Assembly (NCBI GenBank): GCA_949296775.1 | Contig: CASFQA010000003.1 | Span: 47,935-111,934 of the forward strand | Direction of reading: 5' to 3' | DNA length: 64,000 bases | Source: an uncultured bacterium | GTDB lineage: Bacteria > Bacillota_I > Bacilli_A > RFN20 > CAG-826 | Shown here: positions 8,230 through 16,506 of the stretch, one piece after another | Position numbering within the stretch: position 1 is the first letter of the stretch | How the letters are laid out: every line of letters begins with the position of its first letter | Position numbers and translations under genes: made by a program | Notes under the pieces: model-generated | Database searches by the model: none | Seen by the model: the letters and a program-made list of their open reading frames with translations, nothing else | What the model was told of the DNA's origin: nothing

Positions 8230-9666
8230 ATGTTTCTTAAAGATATCTACCCGTTCTTCAAGATAGAGGATAAAACTATTGAGTGTAAGCTTCGTCTTAA
8301 CGACGATTCGTTTTCTTGGCTTAAAACCGTCGCCGGCTTTGCCAATAGCGGAGGCGGGGTCTTATTTGTCGGGGTCAAGCCAGATGATTTCTCTCTCGCG
8401 GGCATGGACTTGTCTACCGCGGATAAGCAAAAGCAGCTTTTTTATCAAAATGTTAAAAACCGCATTCAGGCTGATTTGCATATTTCAACCGATCTTTTGT
8501 CATATGCCGATTCCGGGCATGATCTTTATGTTTTAAAAATCAACGTTGAGGAATCGGACAAGAAGCCGGTTATCCTCATGCATCAGGGTTTTCCGATGGT
8601 TTTCGTCCGAAATGACGGATTCACTTCTCCCGCGACCCAGGAAGAGTTGGTTTTCATGTCGACCCGTCATGAGCAAACTCATTTTGATGAGATGACAACC
8701 GACATTCCCTTCTCTATTGATGACTTTCACGATTTAGATGCTTTTAGGTTTTCTCGGACCAATCAGCATTTGAACGCGAAGGAGTTGGAATCCTTGCCGT
8801 TTTTCGATAAGGATGGGAAGCTTTATCGTGGCTCATCTCTGTTTTCGGATTCCTGCGATGAAGCCAATACTAAGATTGTTTGCTCGGTTTACCCCGGTTT
8901 CACCAGGGGAAGCGATTTGGTCATTGCCAGCAATTCCTTTGTTGGCAACCTAGTGCAAGGGTACGAGTTCATGAACGAGTTTGTTCGCACGAGGATGAAC
9001 CGCGGCTTTTTGAAAACCGGGGATGGCCGGATCGACGTCGATGCCTATCCGGAACGGGCTCTATTCGAGGCGATCATCAACTCTTTGGCCCATCGCGATT
9101 ATTTCATTCCCGGATCGCAGATTTCTTTGGACATGTTCAAAGATCGGCTTGTCATTACTTCTCCTGGCTCTTACTATCAAAGCGGCCCTTTAAAGCCGAC
9201 TTATGATTTAGCGGGTTTCGCTTCCCGACGACGAAATGAATATATTTGCCGTATTTTCTGTTATTGCAAGGCGATGGAAGCCAAAGGGACTGGGTTTGAG
9301 CGGATTGTAAGTGACTACGCTTCCGCCGATGAACGCCATAAGCCTTTCATTTATTCTAAGAACTCTTTATTTTCCATCGTTCTCCCGGATTTGACTTATG
9401 CCGCCGGGGTCAGCATTGAAACGGACTCGATTTCCGTTCTGTCGGAAAATTTGCTGACCTCTAAGTATGATTTGGAGATACTTTCCTATTGCTATGGGGC
9501 GAATCGGGACGTAAAGGATATCGCTAAGCATATCGGCCTCACCAATTCATCCTATCTTCGGAATGTCATTATTGGGAATTTGATCAAAATAGGCTATTTA
9601 GATTCTATAAAAATCGGCAACGCCCAATTCTTCTCATCCAATAAAGAAAAAGTAACTTTGAAATAG
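8230..9666 (+). CDS. AlbA_2 (Schlafen-like, 'divergent AAA/putative DNA-binding') domain protein with C-terminal HATPase_c_4-like region. Often annotated RecG-like transcriptional regulator.
   Basis: The N-terminus (IECKLRLNDDSFSWLKTVAGFANSGGGVLFVGV) matches the AlbA_2/PF04326 signature. The gene is about 40% GC against a surrounding level of about 50%. It is flanked by the 42-bp direct repeats. Confidence 0.6.
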   Translation: MFLKDIYPFFKIEDKTIECKLRLNDDSFSWLKTVAGFANSGGGVLFVGVKPDDFSLAGMDLSTADKQKQLFYQNVKNRIQADLHISTDLLSYADSGHDLYVLKINVEESDKKPVILMHQGFPMVFVRNDGFTSPATQEELVFMSTRHEQTHFDEMTTDIPFSIDDFHDLDAFRFSRTNQHLNAKELESLPFFDKDGKLYRGSSLFSDSCDEANTKIVCSVYPGFTRGSDLVIASNSFVGNLVQGYEFMNEFVRTRMNRGFLKTGDGRIDVDAYPERALFEAIINSLAHRDYFIPGSQISLDMFKDRLVITSPGSYYQSGPLKPTYDLAGFASRRRNEYICRIFCYCKAMEAKGTGFERIVSDYASADERHKPFIYSKNSLFSIVLPDLTYAAGVSIETDSISVLSENLLTSKYDLEILSYCYGANRDVKDIAKHIGLTNSSYLRNVIIGNLIKIGYLDSIKIGNAQFFSSNKEKVTLK

Positions 9667-9668
9667 TG

Positions 9669-9710
9669 TTTGAAATAAGTTCAATGTCTCATTGAAGTGA
9701 CTTTGAAGTA
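9669..9710. repeat. 42-bp perfect direct repeat, copy 2, starting 3 nt after the AlbA_2 stop codon
   Basis: Identical to 8105-8146. Internal palindrome at 9680-9696. Confidence 0.9.
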
Positions 9711-9732
9711 CGCCTATTTGTCGCCGGAAGTT

Positions 9733-9760
9733 AAAAAAACCGACCTTTGATTTCGGTCGG
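9733..9760 (-). terminator. Rho-independent terminator downstream of the minus-strand tRNA-Leu
   Basis: CCGACC/GGTCGG stem with a 9-nt loop. A7 on the plus strand gives a U-run on the minus strand. Confidence 0.55.
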
Positions 9761-9772
9761 ATCTTGCTAATT

Positions 9773-9859
9773 TGGTGCCCGAGGCCGGACTCGAACCGGC
9801 ACGAGTTCATCACTCAGCGGATTTTGAGTCCGCCGCGTCTACCATTCCACCACACGGGC
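9773..9859 (-). tRNA. tRNA-Leu(CAA), class II. Has a U6:U67 mismatch in the acceptor stem.
   Basis: Reverse complement reads GCCCGTG-TG-GTGGAATGGTAGACGCG-GCGGA[CTCAAAA]TCCGC-long variable arm-GCCGGTTCGAGTCCGGC-CTCGGGC-A-CCA. Anticodon CAA. Confidence 0.7.
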
Positions 9860-9905
9860 GCGAAGTGGATTATATAACGGACCCCGCCGATTGCCAAAAC
9901 TTTTC

Positions 9906-10550
9906 TTAACCGACGTTGGTGAAAGCGATGGAGTAGGCATAGGCCGCCCGTTCAATCTCGGGGTCGCTGTTCTCGATGCGGAAGTAGGGGTAGACGGCAT
10001 CGAAATCGTAGATCCAAACGTATTCCTCATTATCTCCGGTGTCGCCATTAGGAACTTCCGAATATTCATTTGGGTTCATTTCCATCCCGGCATAGACAAT
10101 CGGCATAGCGATGACGGGGTTCCACTGGTTCCGTTTATCAAGCAAGGTGATGATGACCCGGTTATGGCCTAGCGGATCGGTATTGTATATCTCTCCGTCG
10201 GCTTTATGCATTTGGATGGTGCCGGCGTTTTCCCCGTTGCCTTGCTGGACGTAATTGAGGTGGAAGCCGATGCCGTCGACCTCGATGTCCTCATCAATGA
10301 GGTAACTGCTTTCACTGGTGGAGGGTATGTCTTCCCTGGTTATGGAAAGATCGGCTTTGGCTTCGACGGATGGGCTCTCCTCCGAGGAAGTGGTTGAGGA
10401 AGTCGATGCCGAAGTTGGGCTCGATTCAGATGGGGGAGTCTCGCTTTCCGAAGAACTCTGACTTTCGCTTGGGGCCGGGCTTGAACTGGAGACCGTTCCC
10501 CGACAAGAAGCGAGGAATAGGGGCAACAAGAGAAGACAAAACTTTTTCAT
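9906..10550 (-). CDS. Lipoprotein with Ser/Pro/Thr-rich stalk, unknown function
   Basis: MKKFCLLLLPLFLASC lipobox, then a long low-complexity S/P/T/E linker and a C-terminal globular domain. The ORF-track start at 10619 is probably upstream of the true start. Confidence 0.6.
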   Translation of the reverse strand: MKKFCLLLLPLFLASCRGTVSSSSPAPSESQSSSESETPPSESSPTSASTSSTTSSEESPSVEAKADLSITREDIPSTSESSYLIDEDIEVDGIGFHLNYVQQGNGENAGTIQMHKADGEIYNTDPLGHNRVIITLLDKRNQWNPVIAMPIVYAGMEMNPNEYSEVPNGDTGDNEEYVWIYDFDAVYPYFRIENSDPEIERAAYAYSIAFTNVG

Positions 10551-10590
10551 AACGGTTTTAGGATAACAAAAACCTAGCCGCGAGGCTAGG

Positions 10591-13164
10591 TCATTCGGCT
10601 TGGTAACCGGCCGCTTCAATCGCGGCGACGAGCTTGGCTTTGTCGAGGTTTTCGCCTTTTACGACGGCTTGCTGGTTATCTAAGCTGACTTCGGCCGAAT
10701 CGACGCCGGCTTCCTTTTCCAAGGCCTCCTTGACGTGGGCGACGCAATGCATGCACATCATGCCGCTCACCTTGAGGGTTATCTCCATTTCCTTCACCTC
10801 CTTTCGTTTATCAATGCTTATCGGACAAGCGGTAGGGTACAAATCCTCGCTTAGCTGGATATGGTTTCGTTTTCTTGCGCCTTTATCTAAGGACAATAGA
10901 TTTAGCCGAAGGGCGTTCAAGACGACGGTGAGCGAGCTTAACGACATGGCGGCCGCCCCCATCCATGGCCGCATCTTGGCCATGCCGACGCTGGAGAATA
11001 CCCCGGCCGCAATCGGGATCATGATGAGGTTGTAAATGAAGGCCCAAAAAAGGTTTTCCTTGATATTGAGCAAGGTTTTCCTGGATAGCCTGATCGCTTT
11101 AACCGCATCGGATAGCTTGGATGAGGCGATGACGACGTCGGCGGAATCGATGGCGATATCCGAGCCGGAGCCGATGGCGATGCCGATATCGGCTTCGGTA
11201 AGGCTTGGGGCGTCGTTAATCCCGTCCCCGACCATAATGACTTTCCCTTTCTTCTTGAGCTCTCGGATGGCTGCTAGTTTGCCGCCCGGCAATAAGGAAG
11301 CGACTACCTGATCGATCCCCACTTCAATGGCGACCGAACGGGCCACCGTGGCATTGTCCCCGGTGAGCATGACCGGGATGATCCCCATTTCCTTGAGGGC
11401 GGCGATGGCGGATTTGCTGTCTTCTTTTATCTCATCCGCCGCTCCGATAGCCCCGAGGTATTCCCCTTGCTTAGCGAAGAGCAATGGGGTCGCGCCCAAT
11501 AGGGAGATTTCCTGGTAATCGGCTTCGGCCAAAGGGGTATCGGCCTTGATTTCTTTTAGCAATTCCAAATTGCCGCCATAATAGGTGATGCCGTTTATTT
11601 CGGCTTGGACCCCGCGACCAGGAATTGTTTGGAAGCGGGTGACTTCTTTTTCGATTAGATTACGATTTGCGGCCTCTTTTTTAATAGCCTTGGCCAAAGG
11701 ATGCTCGGATGCGGATTCGACCGCAAAAGCCAAGGATAAAAACTCGTTTTCATTAGTTTTGCACCGGATTTGGGTTACCCTTGGTTCCCCTTTGGTGATG
11801 GTCCCGGTCTTGTCGAGGACGACGATTTCCGCCTTTCCGGTCTCCTCTAAAGCCGTCGCGGTTTTGAATAAGATACCCTGCTTGGCCCCCCGACCGGAGC
11901 CGACCATTATCCCGACTGGGGTGGCGAGCCCTAAGGCGCAGGGACAGGATATGACTAAGACCGCGATCCCCTTCTCCAAAGCGTAAGTGAACAGGGATTC
12001 GGATTCGAAGTTCGCGTTGACGAAGTCTTTCCCGAATAATAGCCAGAAGACGAAGACGACGAGGGCGATCAGGATGACGGCGGGGACGAAGATCCCGGAC
12101 ACCTTATCGGCGATGCGGGCGATGGGGGCTTTGGAGGAAGACGCTTCCTCGACCATCTTGACGATTTGGCTTAAGGTCGTTTCCTCGCCGGTCCGCGTGG
12201 CCTTAATGGTCAAGGCTCCGGTTTGGTTGATGGTCGCGGTGTTGACCTCGTCGCCTTCTTTCTTATCCACCGGCATCGATTCCCCGGTAAGGGAGGACTC
12301 GTCAACCGAGGAGGAGCCTAGGAGGACGATTCCGTCGGCCGGGAAGGATTCGCCGGGGTAGATGAGCAGCTCATCCCCGGCTTTGATTTCTTCAATTCCC
12401 ACGTCTTTGATTTGGCCGTCCTTTTTCAGATGGGCGGTTTTGGGCGAGAGGGAAAGCAAGGCCGAGAGGGCGCTGGTGGTTTTGCCTTTGGAATAACTCT
12501 CCAACGTCTTCCCGACGGTGATCAAGGCGACGACGGTGCCGGCGGTCTCGAAGTTGAAGTTCATCGATATTTCCATGATCGCGCGGTAGGTCGAAGGGTC
12601 TTGGTACCCGGTTGCGGAGACGTAATAAGCCATCTCCAGCAATAGGGCGAAGCTATATAGGAAAGCGACCCCCGATCCCAGACTGACCAAGGTATCCATA
12701 TTGGGCGAACGGTGGAGCAAGGCCTTGAAGCCGGAGACGAAATAATGACGGTTTATGACCATGATGGCCAGGCTTAGGGCCATTTCGATTAGGCCTAATA
12801 GGAGGGGGTAATCAACTAAGGCCCCGATGTTCCAGCCTAACATCGCCCCCATCGCCAGGTAGAAAAGCGGAACGAGGAGGATTAGCGAGGCGATGAGGCG
12901 GAATAGCAATGGCTTGGTGAGGCTATTTTTATCCGTCTTGGCCTCGGCTTTCTTTTCTTTGGCGAGGGCCGCCCCGTACCCGGCTTTCTCGACCGCCTCG
13001 ATTATCGATTCGATTGAAGATGGCGCATCGAACTCGACGGCCATCGCATTGGTCAGCAGGTTGACTTCGACTTGGCGGACCCCCTCTAGCTTGGCGACCG
13101 CTTTCTCCACCCGGGACGAGCAGGCGGCGCAGGACATCCCGGTTATATTGAAACGTTCCTTCAT
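10591..13164 (-). CDS. copA: Copper-translocating P1B-type ATPase CopA with N-terminal and C-terminal HMA domains
   Basis: N-terminal HMA GMSCAACSSRVEKA, CPC motif (SCPCALGLATP), DKTGTIT, GDGINDAP and a C-terminal HMA GMMCMHCVAHVKEAL. Confidence 0.9.
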   Translation of the reverse strand: MKERFNITGMSCAACSSRVEKAVAKLEGVRQVEVNLLTNAMAVEFDAPSSIESIIEAVEKAGYGAALAKEKKAEAKTDKNSLTKPLLFRLIASLILLVPLFYLAMGAMLGWNIGALVDYPLLLGLIEMALSLAIMVINRHYFVSGFKALLHRSPNMDTLVSLGSGVAFLYSFALLLEMAYYVSATGYQDPSTYRAIMEISMNFNFETAGTVVALITVGKTLESYSKGKTTSALSALLSLSPKTAHLKKDGQIKDVGIEEIKAGDELLIYPGESFPADGIVLLGSSSVDESSLTGESMPVDKKEGDEVNTATINQTGALTIKATRTGEETTLSQIVKMVEEASSSKAPIARIADKVSGIFVPAVILIALVVFVFWLLFGKDFVNANFESESLFTYALEKGIAVLVISCPCALGLATPVGIMVGSGRGAKQGILFKTATALEETGKAEIVVLDKTGTITKGEPRVTQIRCKTNENEFLSLAFAVESASEHPLAKAIKKEAANRNLIEKEVTRFQTIPGRGVQAEINGITYYGGNLELLKEIKADTPLAEADYQEISLLGATPLLFAKQGEYLGAIGAADEIKEDSKSAIAALKEMGIIPVMLTGDNATVARSVAIEVGIDQVVASLLPGGKLAAIRELKKKGKVIMVGDGINDAPSLTEADIGIAIGSGSDIAIDSADVVIASSKLSDAVKAIRLSRKTLLNIKENLFWAFIYNLIMIPIAAGVFSSVGMAKMRPWMGAAAMSLSSLTVVLNALRLNLLSLDKGARKRNHIQLSEDLYPTACPISIDKRKEVKEMEITLKVSGMMCMHCVAHVKEALEKEAGVDSAEVSLDNQQAVVKGENLDKAKLVAAIEAAGYQAE

Positions 13165-13455
13165 TTATTTTAGTCTCCGCAGCAAAGCGAAGGATTCGAG
13201 CAAAGCCGAATCATCCCCGCCCATGAGCTTATCCTTGACGCAGGTTAGCATATGGGTTTTGTAAACCCTGGTGGCGATTTCCCTAATCGCCCCCTCGACC
13301 GCCGAAATCTGGCAGAGGATATCGCCGCAATAACGATCCTCCTCCAGCATATTCTTGATCCCTTCCATTTGGCCGACGACCCGTGAGCAGCGTTTTATTA
13401 GGTCCGCTTTTTCCTTTTCATCGCGGGGTTTGTCTTTCTTCTTGCAGCATTCCAT
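13165..13455 (-). CDS. csoR: CsoR/RcnR-family copper-sensing transcriptional repressor
   Basis: 96 aa with RCSRVVGQMEGIKNMLEEDRYCGDILCQISAVEGAI...HMLTCV, matching the CsoR Cys-His-Cys metal-site pattern. Directly abuts copA. Confidence 0.85.
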   Translation of the reverse strand: MECCKKKDKPRDEKEKADLIKRCSRVVGQMEGIKNMLEEDRYCGDILCQISAVEGAIREIATRVYKTHMLTCVKDKLMGGDDSALLESFALLRRLK

Positions 13456-13466
13456 AGGGTCAATAT

Positions 13467-13483
13467 ATACCCCCGGGGGGTAT
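13467..13483. promoter_or_regulatory. Putative CsoR operator (GC-rich inverted repeat ATACCCCC-GGGGGGTAT)
   Basis: Matches the CsoR operator architecture TACCC-N-GGGTA known from Bacillus. It lies 12 nt upstream of csoR and overlaps the -35 position of the divergent plus-strand promoter. Confidence 0.6.
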
Positions 13484-13501
13484 GTGTCAAAGATTGTGCT
13501 T

Positions 13502-13510
13502 TGCTATAAT
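13502..13510 (+). promoter_or_regulatory. Extended -10 promoter element TGcTATAAT for the Ntn-hydrolase gene
   Basis: TGnTATAAT at 13502-13510, followed by a GGCGGAGG RBS and the ATG at 13529. Confidence 0.5.
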
Positions 13511-13528
13511 AAAGGCGGAGGAAAACAT

Positions 13529-14434
13529 ATGTGCACTGCCTTAACCCTTTCCTATCCCGCCTTCCTATTTGGCCGCAACCTCGATTTAGTCGGCAATTTC
13601 GGGGAAAGGGCGCTTTATCTTTCCCCTCACGCCCCCTTGCTTTTCTCTTCTGGCGAAACGATTTCCGACCATCCGGCTTTGCTGGGCATTGGGGCAAGAG
13701 GCGGGGATTTCCCTTTATTCGCTGAGGCGATTTCTTCTTCCGGACTGGCCATGGCCGGACTCAATTACCCCGGGCTCGCGTCTTTTGATCCCTCTGGGCA
13801 AGTCGCCCAGTACGAGTTCATCGCCTTCGTCTTAACCCATTTCTCCTCCGCCAAGGAAGCCGCCGAGGCAATCGGCGGGATGCGGCTTAGCCAGAAGGGG
13901 TTCGCCCCCAATATGCCGCCCGCCCCTTTGCATTATCTTTTGTCCGACGAGAGCGATAGCTTCGTCATCGAGCAGGAGAAAGACGGGATGCACGTTTATC
14001 ATAACCCTTACGGCGTCTTGACCAATTCCCCTGGGTTTCCGGCCCAATCGGAAAACTATTCCCGTTATGGGGAGTTGACCAACCGTTTTGTTGCCGGGAC
14101 TTACCCTGGGCTTGGCTATGGGGCCATCGGATTGCCTGGCGATAACTCGCCGTTTTCCCGCTTTGTCCGGATGGCCTTTTTCAAAGAGCACCTGCCGGAA
14201 TTCGCTACTCCTGAGGCTGAGATCGTCGCTTTTTTCCATTTGCTCTCCAATGCCCGGGTTATCGAGGGATCGACTTTCGATGAGAAGGGACAAAGCGAGG
14301 AGACGATCTATTCCTCTTGCTATGACGTCGTTAATATGAGGCTGCTAGTCCAGACCTCTTCTTCCCTCAACGTCAAGGAAATTGCCTTCGATATGAAAAA
14401 GGAAGGCTTTTTCGACCTTCCTTTAGGTGATTAA
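13529..14434 (+). CDS. Choloylglycine hydrolase / linear-amide C-N hydrolase family (Ntn hydrolase; bile-salt hydrolase or penicillin V acylase-like)
   Basis: Met-Cys2 N-terminus (MCTALTL), the hallmark of an N-terminal nucleophile. GGCGGAGG RBS 7 nt upstream. The ORF-track start at 13355 lies upstream of the promoter and RBS. Confidence 0.75.
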   Translation: MCTALTLSYPAFLFGRNLDLVGNFGERALYLSPHAPLLFSSGETISDHPALLGIGARGGDFPLFAEAISSSGLAMAGLNYPGLASFDPSGQVAQYEFIAFVLTHFSSAKEAAEAIGGMRLSQKGFAPNMPPAPLHYLLSDESDSFVIEQEKDGMHVYHNPYGVLTNSPGFPAQSENYSRYGELTNRFVAGTYPGLGYGAIGLPGDNSPFSRFVRMAFFKEHLPEFATPEAEIVAFFHLLSNARVIEGSTFDEKGQSEETIYSSCYDVVNMRLLVQTSSSLNVKEIAFDMKKEGFFDLPLGD

Positions 14435-16506
14435 TCGAGTTCGGTCTTGCCGGTCCAGAGTTCGTAATAACGGCCTTTTTGGGCCAGCAATTCGTCATGG
14501 GTCCCCCTTTCGATGATCCGTCCTTTGTCCATGACCATGATGCAGTCGGCGTAGCGGACGGTCGAGAGGCGGTGGGCGATGACGAAGACGGTTTTCCCGG
14601 CCATGATGTTGTCCATCCCTTTGCTGATGAGCCGTTCGGTCCGGGTGTCGACGGAGGAGGTGGCTTCGTCGAGGATGAGGATCGGCGGATTGCCGACCGC
14701 GCAGCGGGCGATGCTGAGCAGCTGCTTCTGCCCTTGGGATAAGGAGGCGTTGGCTCCATCGATATAAGTATCGTAACCGTTTTTCAATTTCTCGATGAAT
14801 TGATCGGCGCAGGCAAGTTTGGCGGCGTTTTTGCAACGCTGGTCATCGGCGTGGAGGCAGCCGAAGCGGATATTGTCCATGATCGTCCCCGAGAACAGAT
14901 GGGTATCCTGGAGGACTAAGGTCATCGAGCGGCGCATCGAGACCCGATCGATATCCTTCAAATCGATCCCGTCGATCAATATCTCCCCGGCGTCGATGTC
15001 GTAGAAGCGGGTCAATAGGTTGGTGATGGTGGTCTTGCCGGCGCCGGTCGATCCGACCAAGGCGATTTTCTGCCCCGGGTGGGCATAGAGGGTGATGTCG
15101 CGGAGAATTTGCTGCCCCTTGACGTAGGAGAAGTCGACGTGGCGCATGTCGACTTGGCCTAAAACCGGCTTGGTCTCGATCCCGTTGGTCCAATAATGCT
15201 TGCCATCCTCGGCCTTATAGGAATGCCATTTGGCGGTTTGTAAGCTCGGTTCCGCCGGCTGGTCGATCATTTGGAAGATCCGTTCGGCCCCGGCTAAGGA
15301 GGATTGGACCATGGTCAATAGGTTGGAGATGTTATTGAAGGGCCGGGCCAGCATCCGCAGCAAAGCGACGTAGGCGACCAAAGTGCCGGTCGAGACCTTG
15401 ATGAAGGGGGCGTCGATGGCGATGAGGATGACCCCGAGCATGGTCACGATGGCGGTGTTGAGGTTATTGAAGTTATTGACGATCGGGACGTTGGCCGAGC
15501 TTAAGAACACCGATTTCTTATTATGGAGGGTATGGCGGTAATCGATGGACTTGAACACCTCCATCATGTCGTCTTCCTTCGAGAAGCATTTGACGACTTT
15601 AAGCCCCGAAAGCACTTCCTCGCTGAGCCCGTTGAATTCGCCCATCGAGATCTGGGTCTCCGAGAAAGCGTTGACCGAGTGGTGGACGTTATTGGCGACG
15701 ATGAGCATCGCGACCCCTTCCATGAAGAGGGCGATGAGGGCCAAGAACCAGTTGAGGGCGAATAGGAAGATGACGATCCCGACCAGCATGACGGCCGAGG
15801 TGAACATCTCCATGATGCCGGAGTTGAAGAATTGGGCGAGGTTATCGACGTCGTTGGTGAAGCGGGACATGATGTCGCCGTGCGGGGTCCCATCGAAATA
15901 GCTAAGGGGCAAAGACTCCATCTTCTTGAACATGTCGTTGCGGAGCCGCATCAGCGAATTGGTCCCGATCTTGGTCATCAGCAGGACTTGGGCGATCGAG
16001 CAGAGGAAGCCGATGAGATAGAGGCCGACTAAGATGACGATGACCACGACCAGCACCTTGACCGATTGGCCGAGGATGTCCGGTCCCTGCCAATCGACGA
16101 AGCCGAAGAGGATGGAGTTGAAGGGCGAGGAGGAGAGAGCCTCCGCTTTATAGCCTTCGAAGGATCCATATTGCCCCCAATCGCCGCGCAAAGCGAAGAC
16201 CGAGGGGTTCAATAGCCCGTCGACCAACGGGGCGGAGACGAAGCCGCCGATCAAATTGATCAAAATCATCAGCACCGTGACGAAGGCGGCGACGAAAAGC
16301 ATCCACTTATCGCCTTTTAAATAGGAGAAGACCCGTAATAAAGAACCCCAGGAATGCTTAGGCTTCCCATATCCCTTTTTCCGTTTGCCATAGGATTCGG
16401 AGATCTCCTTATAGCCTTGTTTCCCGCAGCTGAACTGGATGTCGACCCCGTTGATGTTCTCCCCGCGGCCGGAGGTATTGATGCCTTTGTATTTGTAGAA
16501 TTTCAT
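14431..16506 (-). CDS. ABC exporter permease/ATPase subunit (type I exporter; heterodimer partner 2)
   Basis: Six TM helices then an NBD with Walker A GSTGAGKTT and signature LSQGQKQLLSIARC, ILILDEATSSVD. Basic N-terminal extension. GC is about 60%. Confidence 0.85.
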   Translation of the reverse strand: MKFYKYKGINTSGRGENINGVDIQFSCGKQGYKEISESYGKRKKGYGKPKHSWGSLLRVFSYLKGDKWMLFVAAFVTVLMILINLIGGFVSAPLVDGLLNPSVFALRGDWGQYGSFEGYKAEALSSSPFNSILFGFVDWQGPDILGQSVKVLVVVIVILVGLYLIGFLCSIAQVLLMTKIGTNSLMRLRNDMFKKMESLPLSYFDGTPHGDIMSRFTNDVDNLAQFFNSGIMEMFTSAVMLVGIVIFLFALNWFLALIALFMEGVAMLIVANNVHHSVNAFSETQISMGEFNGLSEEVLSGLKVVKCFSKEDDMMEVFKSIDYRHTLHNKKSVFLSSANVPIVNNFNNLNTAIVTMLGVILIAIDAPFIKVSTGTLVAYVALLRMLARPFNNISNLLTMVQSSLAGAERIFQMIDQPAEPSLQTAKWHSYKAEDGKHYWTNGIETKPVLGQVDMRHVDFSYVKGQQILRDITLYAHPGQKIALVGSTGAGKTTITNLLTRFYDIDAGEILIDGIDLKDIDRVSMRRSMTLVLQDTHLFSGTIMDNIRFGCLHADDQRCKNAAKLACADQFIEKLKNGYDTYIDGANASLSQGQKQLLSIARCAVGNPPILILDEATSSVDTRTERLISKGMDNIMAGKTVFVIAHRLSTVRYADCIMVMDKGRIIERGTHDELLAQKGRYYELWTGKTELD

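Noticed and set aside
13355-13528. Upstream extension of the Ntn-hydrolase ORF (ORF-track start at 13355)
   Set aside because: The extension would read through the CsoR operator and the -10 element and place 58 residues before the obligatory N-terminal Cys. The ATG at 13529, with its GGCGGAGG RBS, gives the canonical Met-Cys start.
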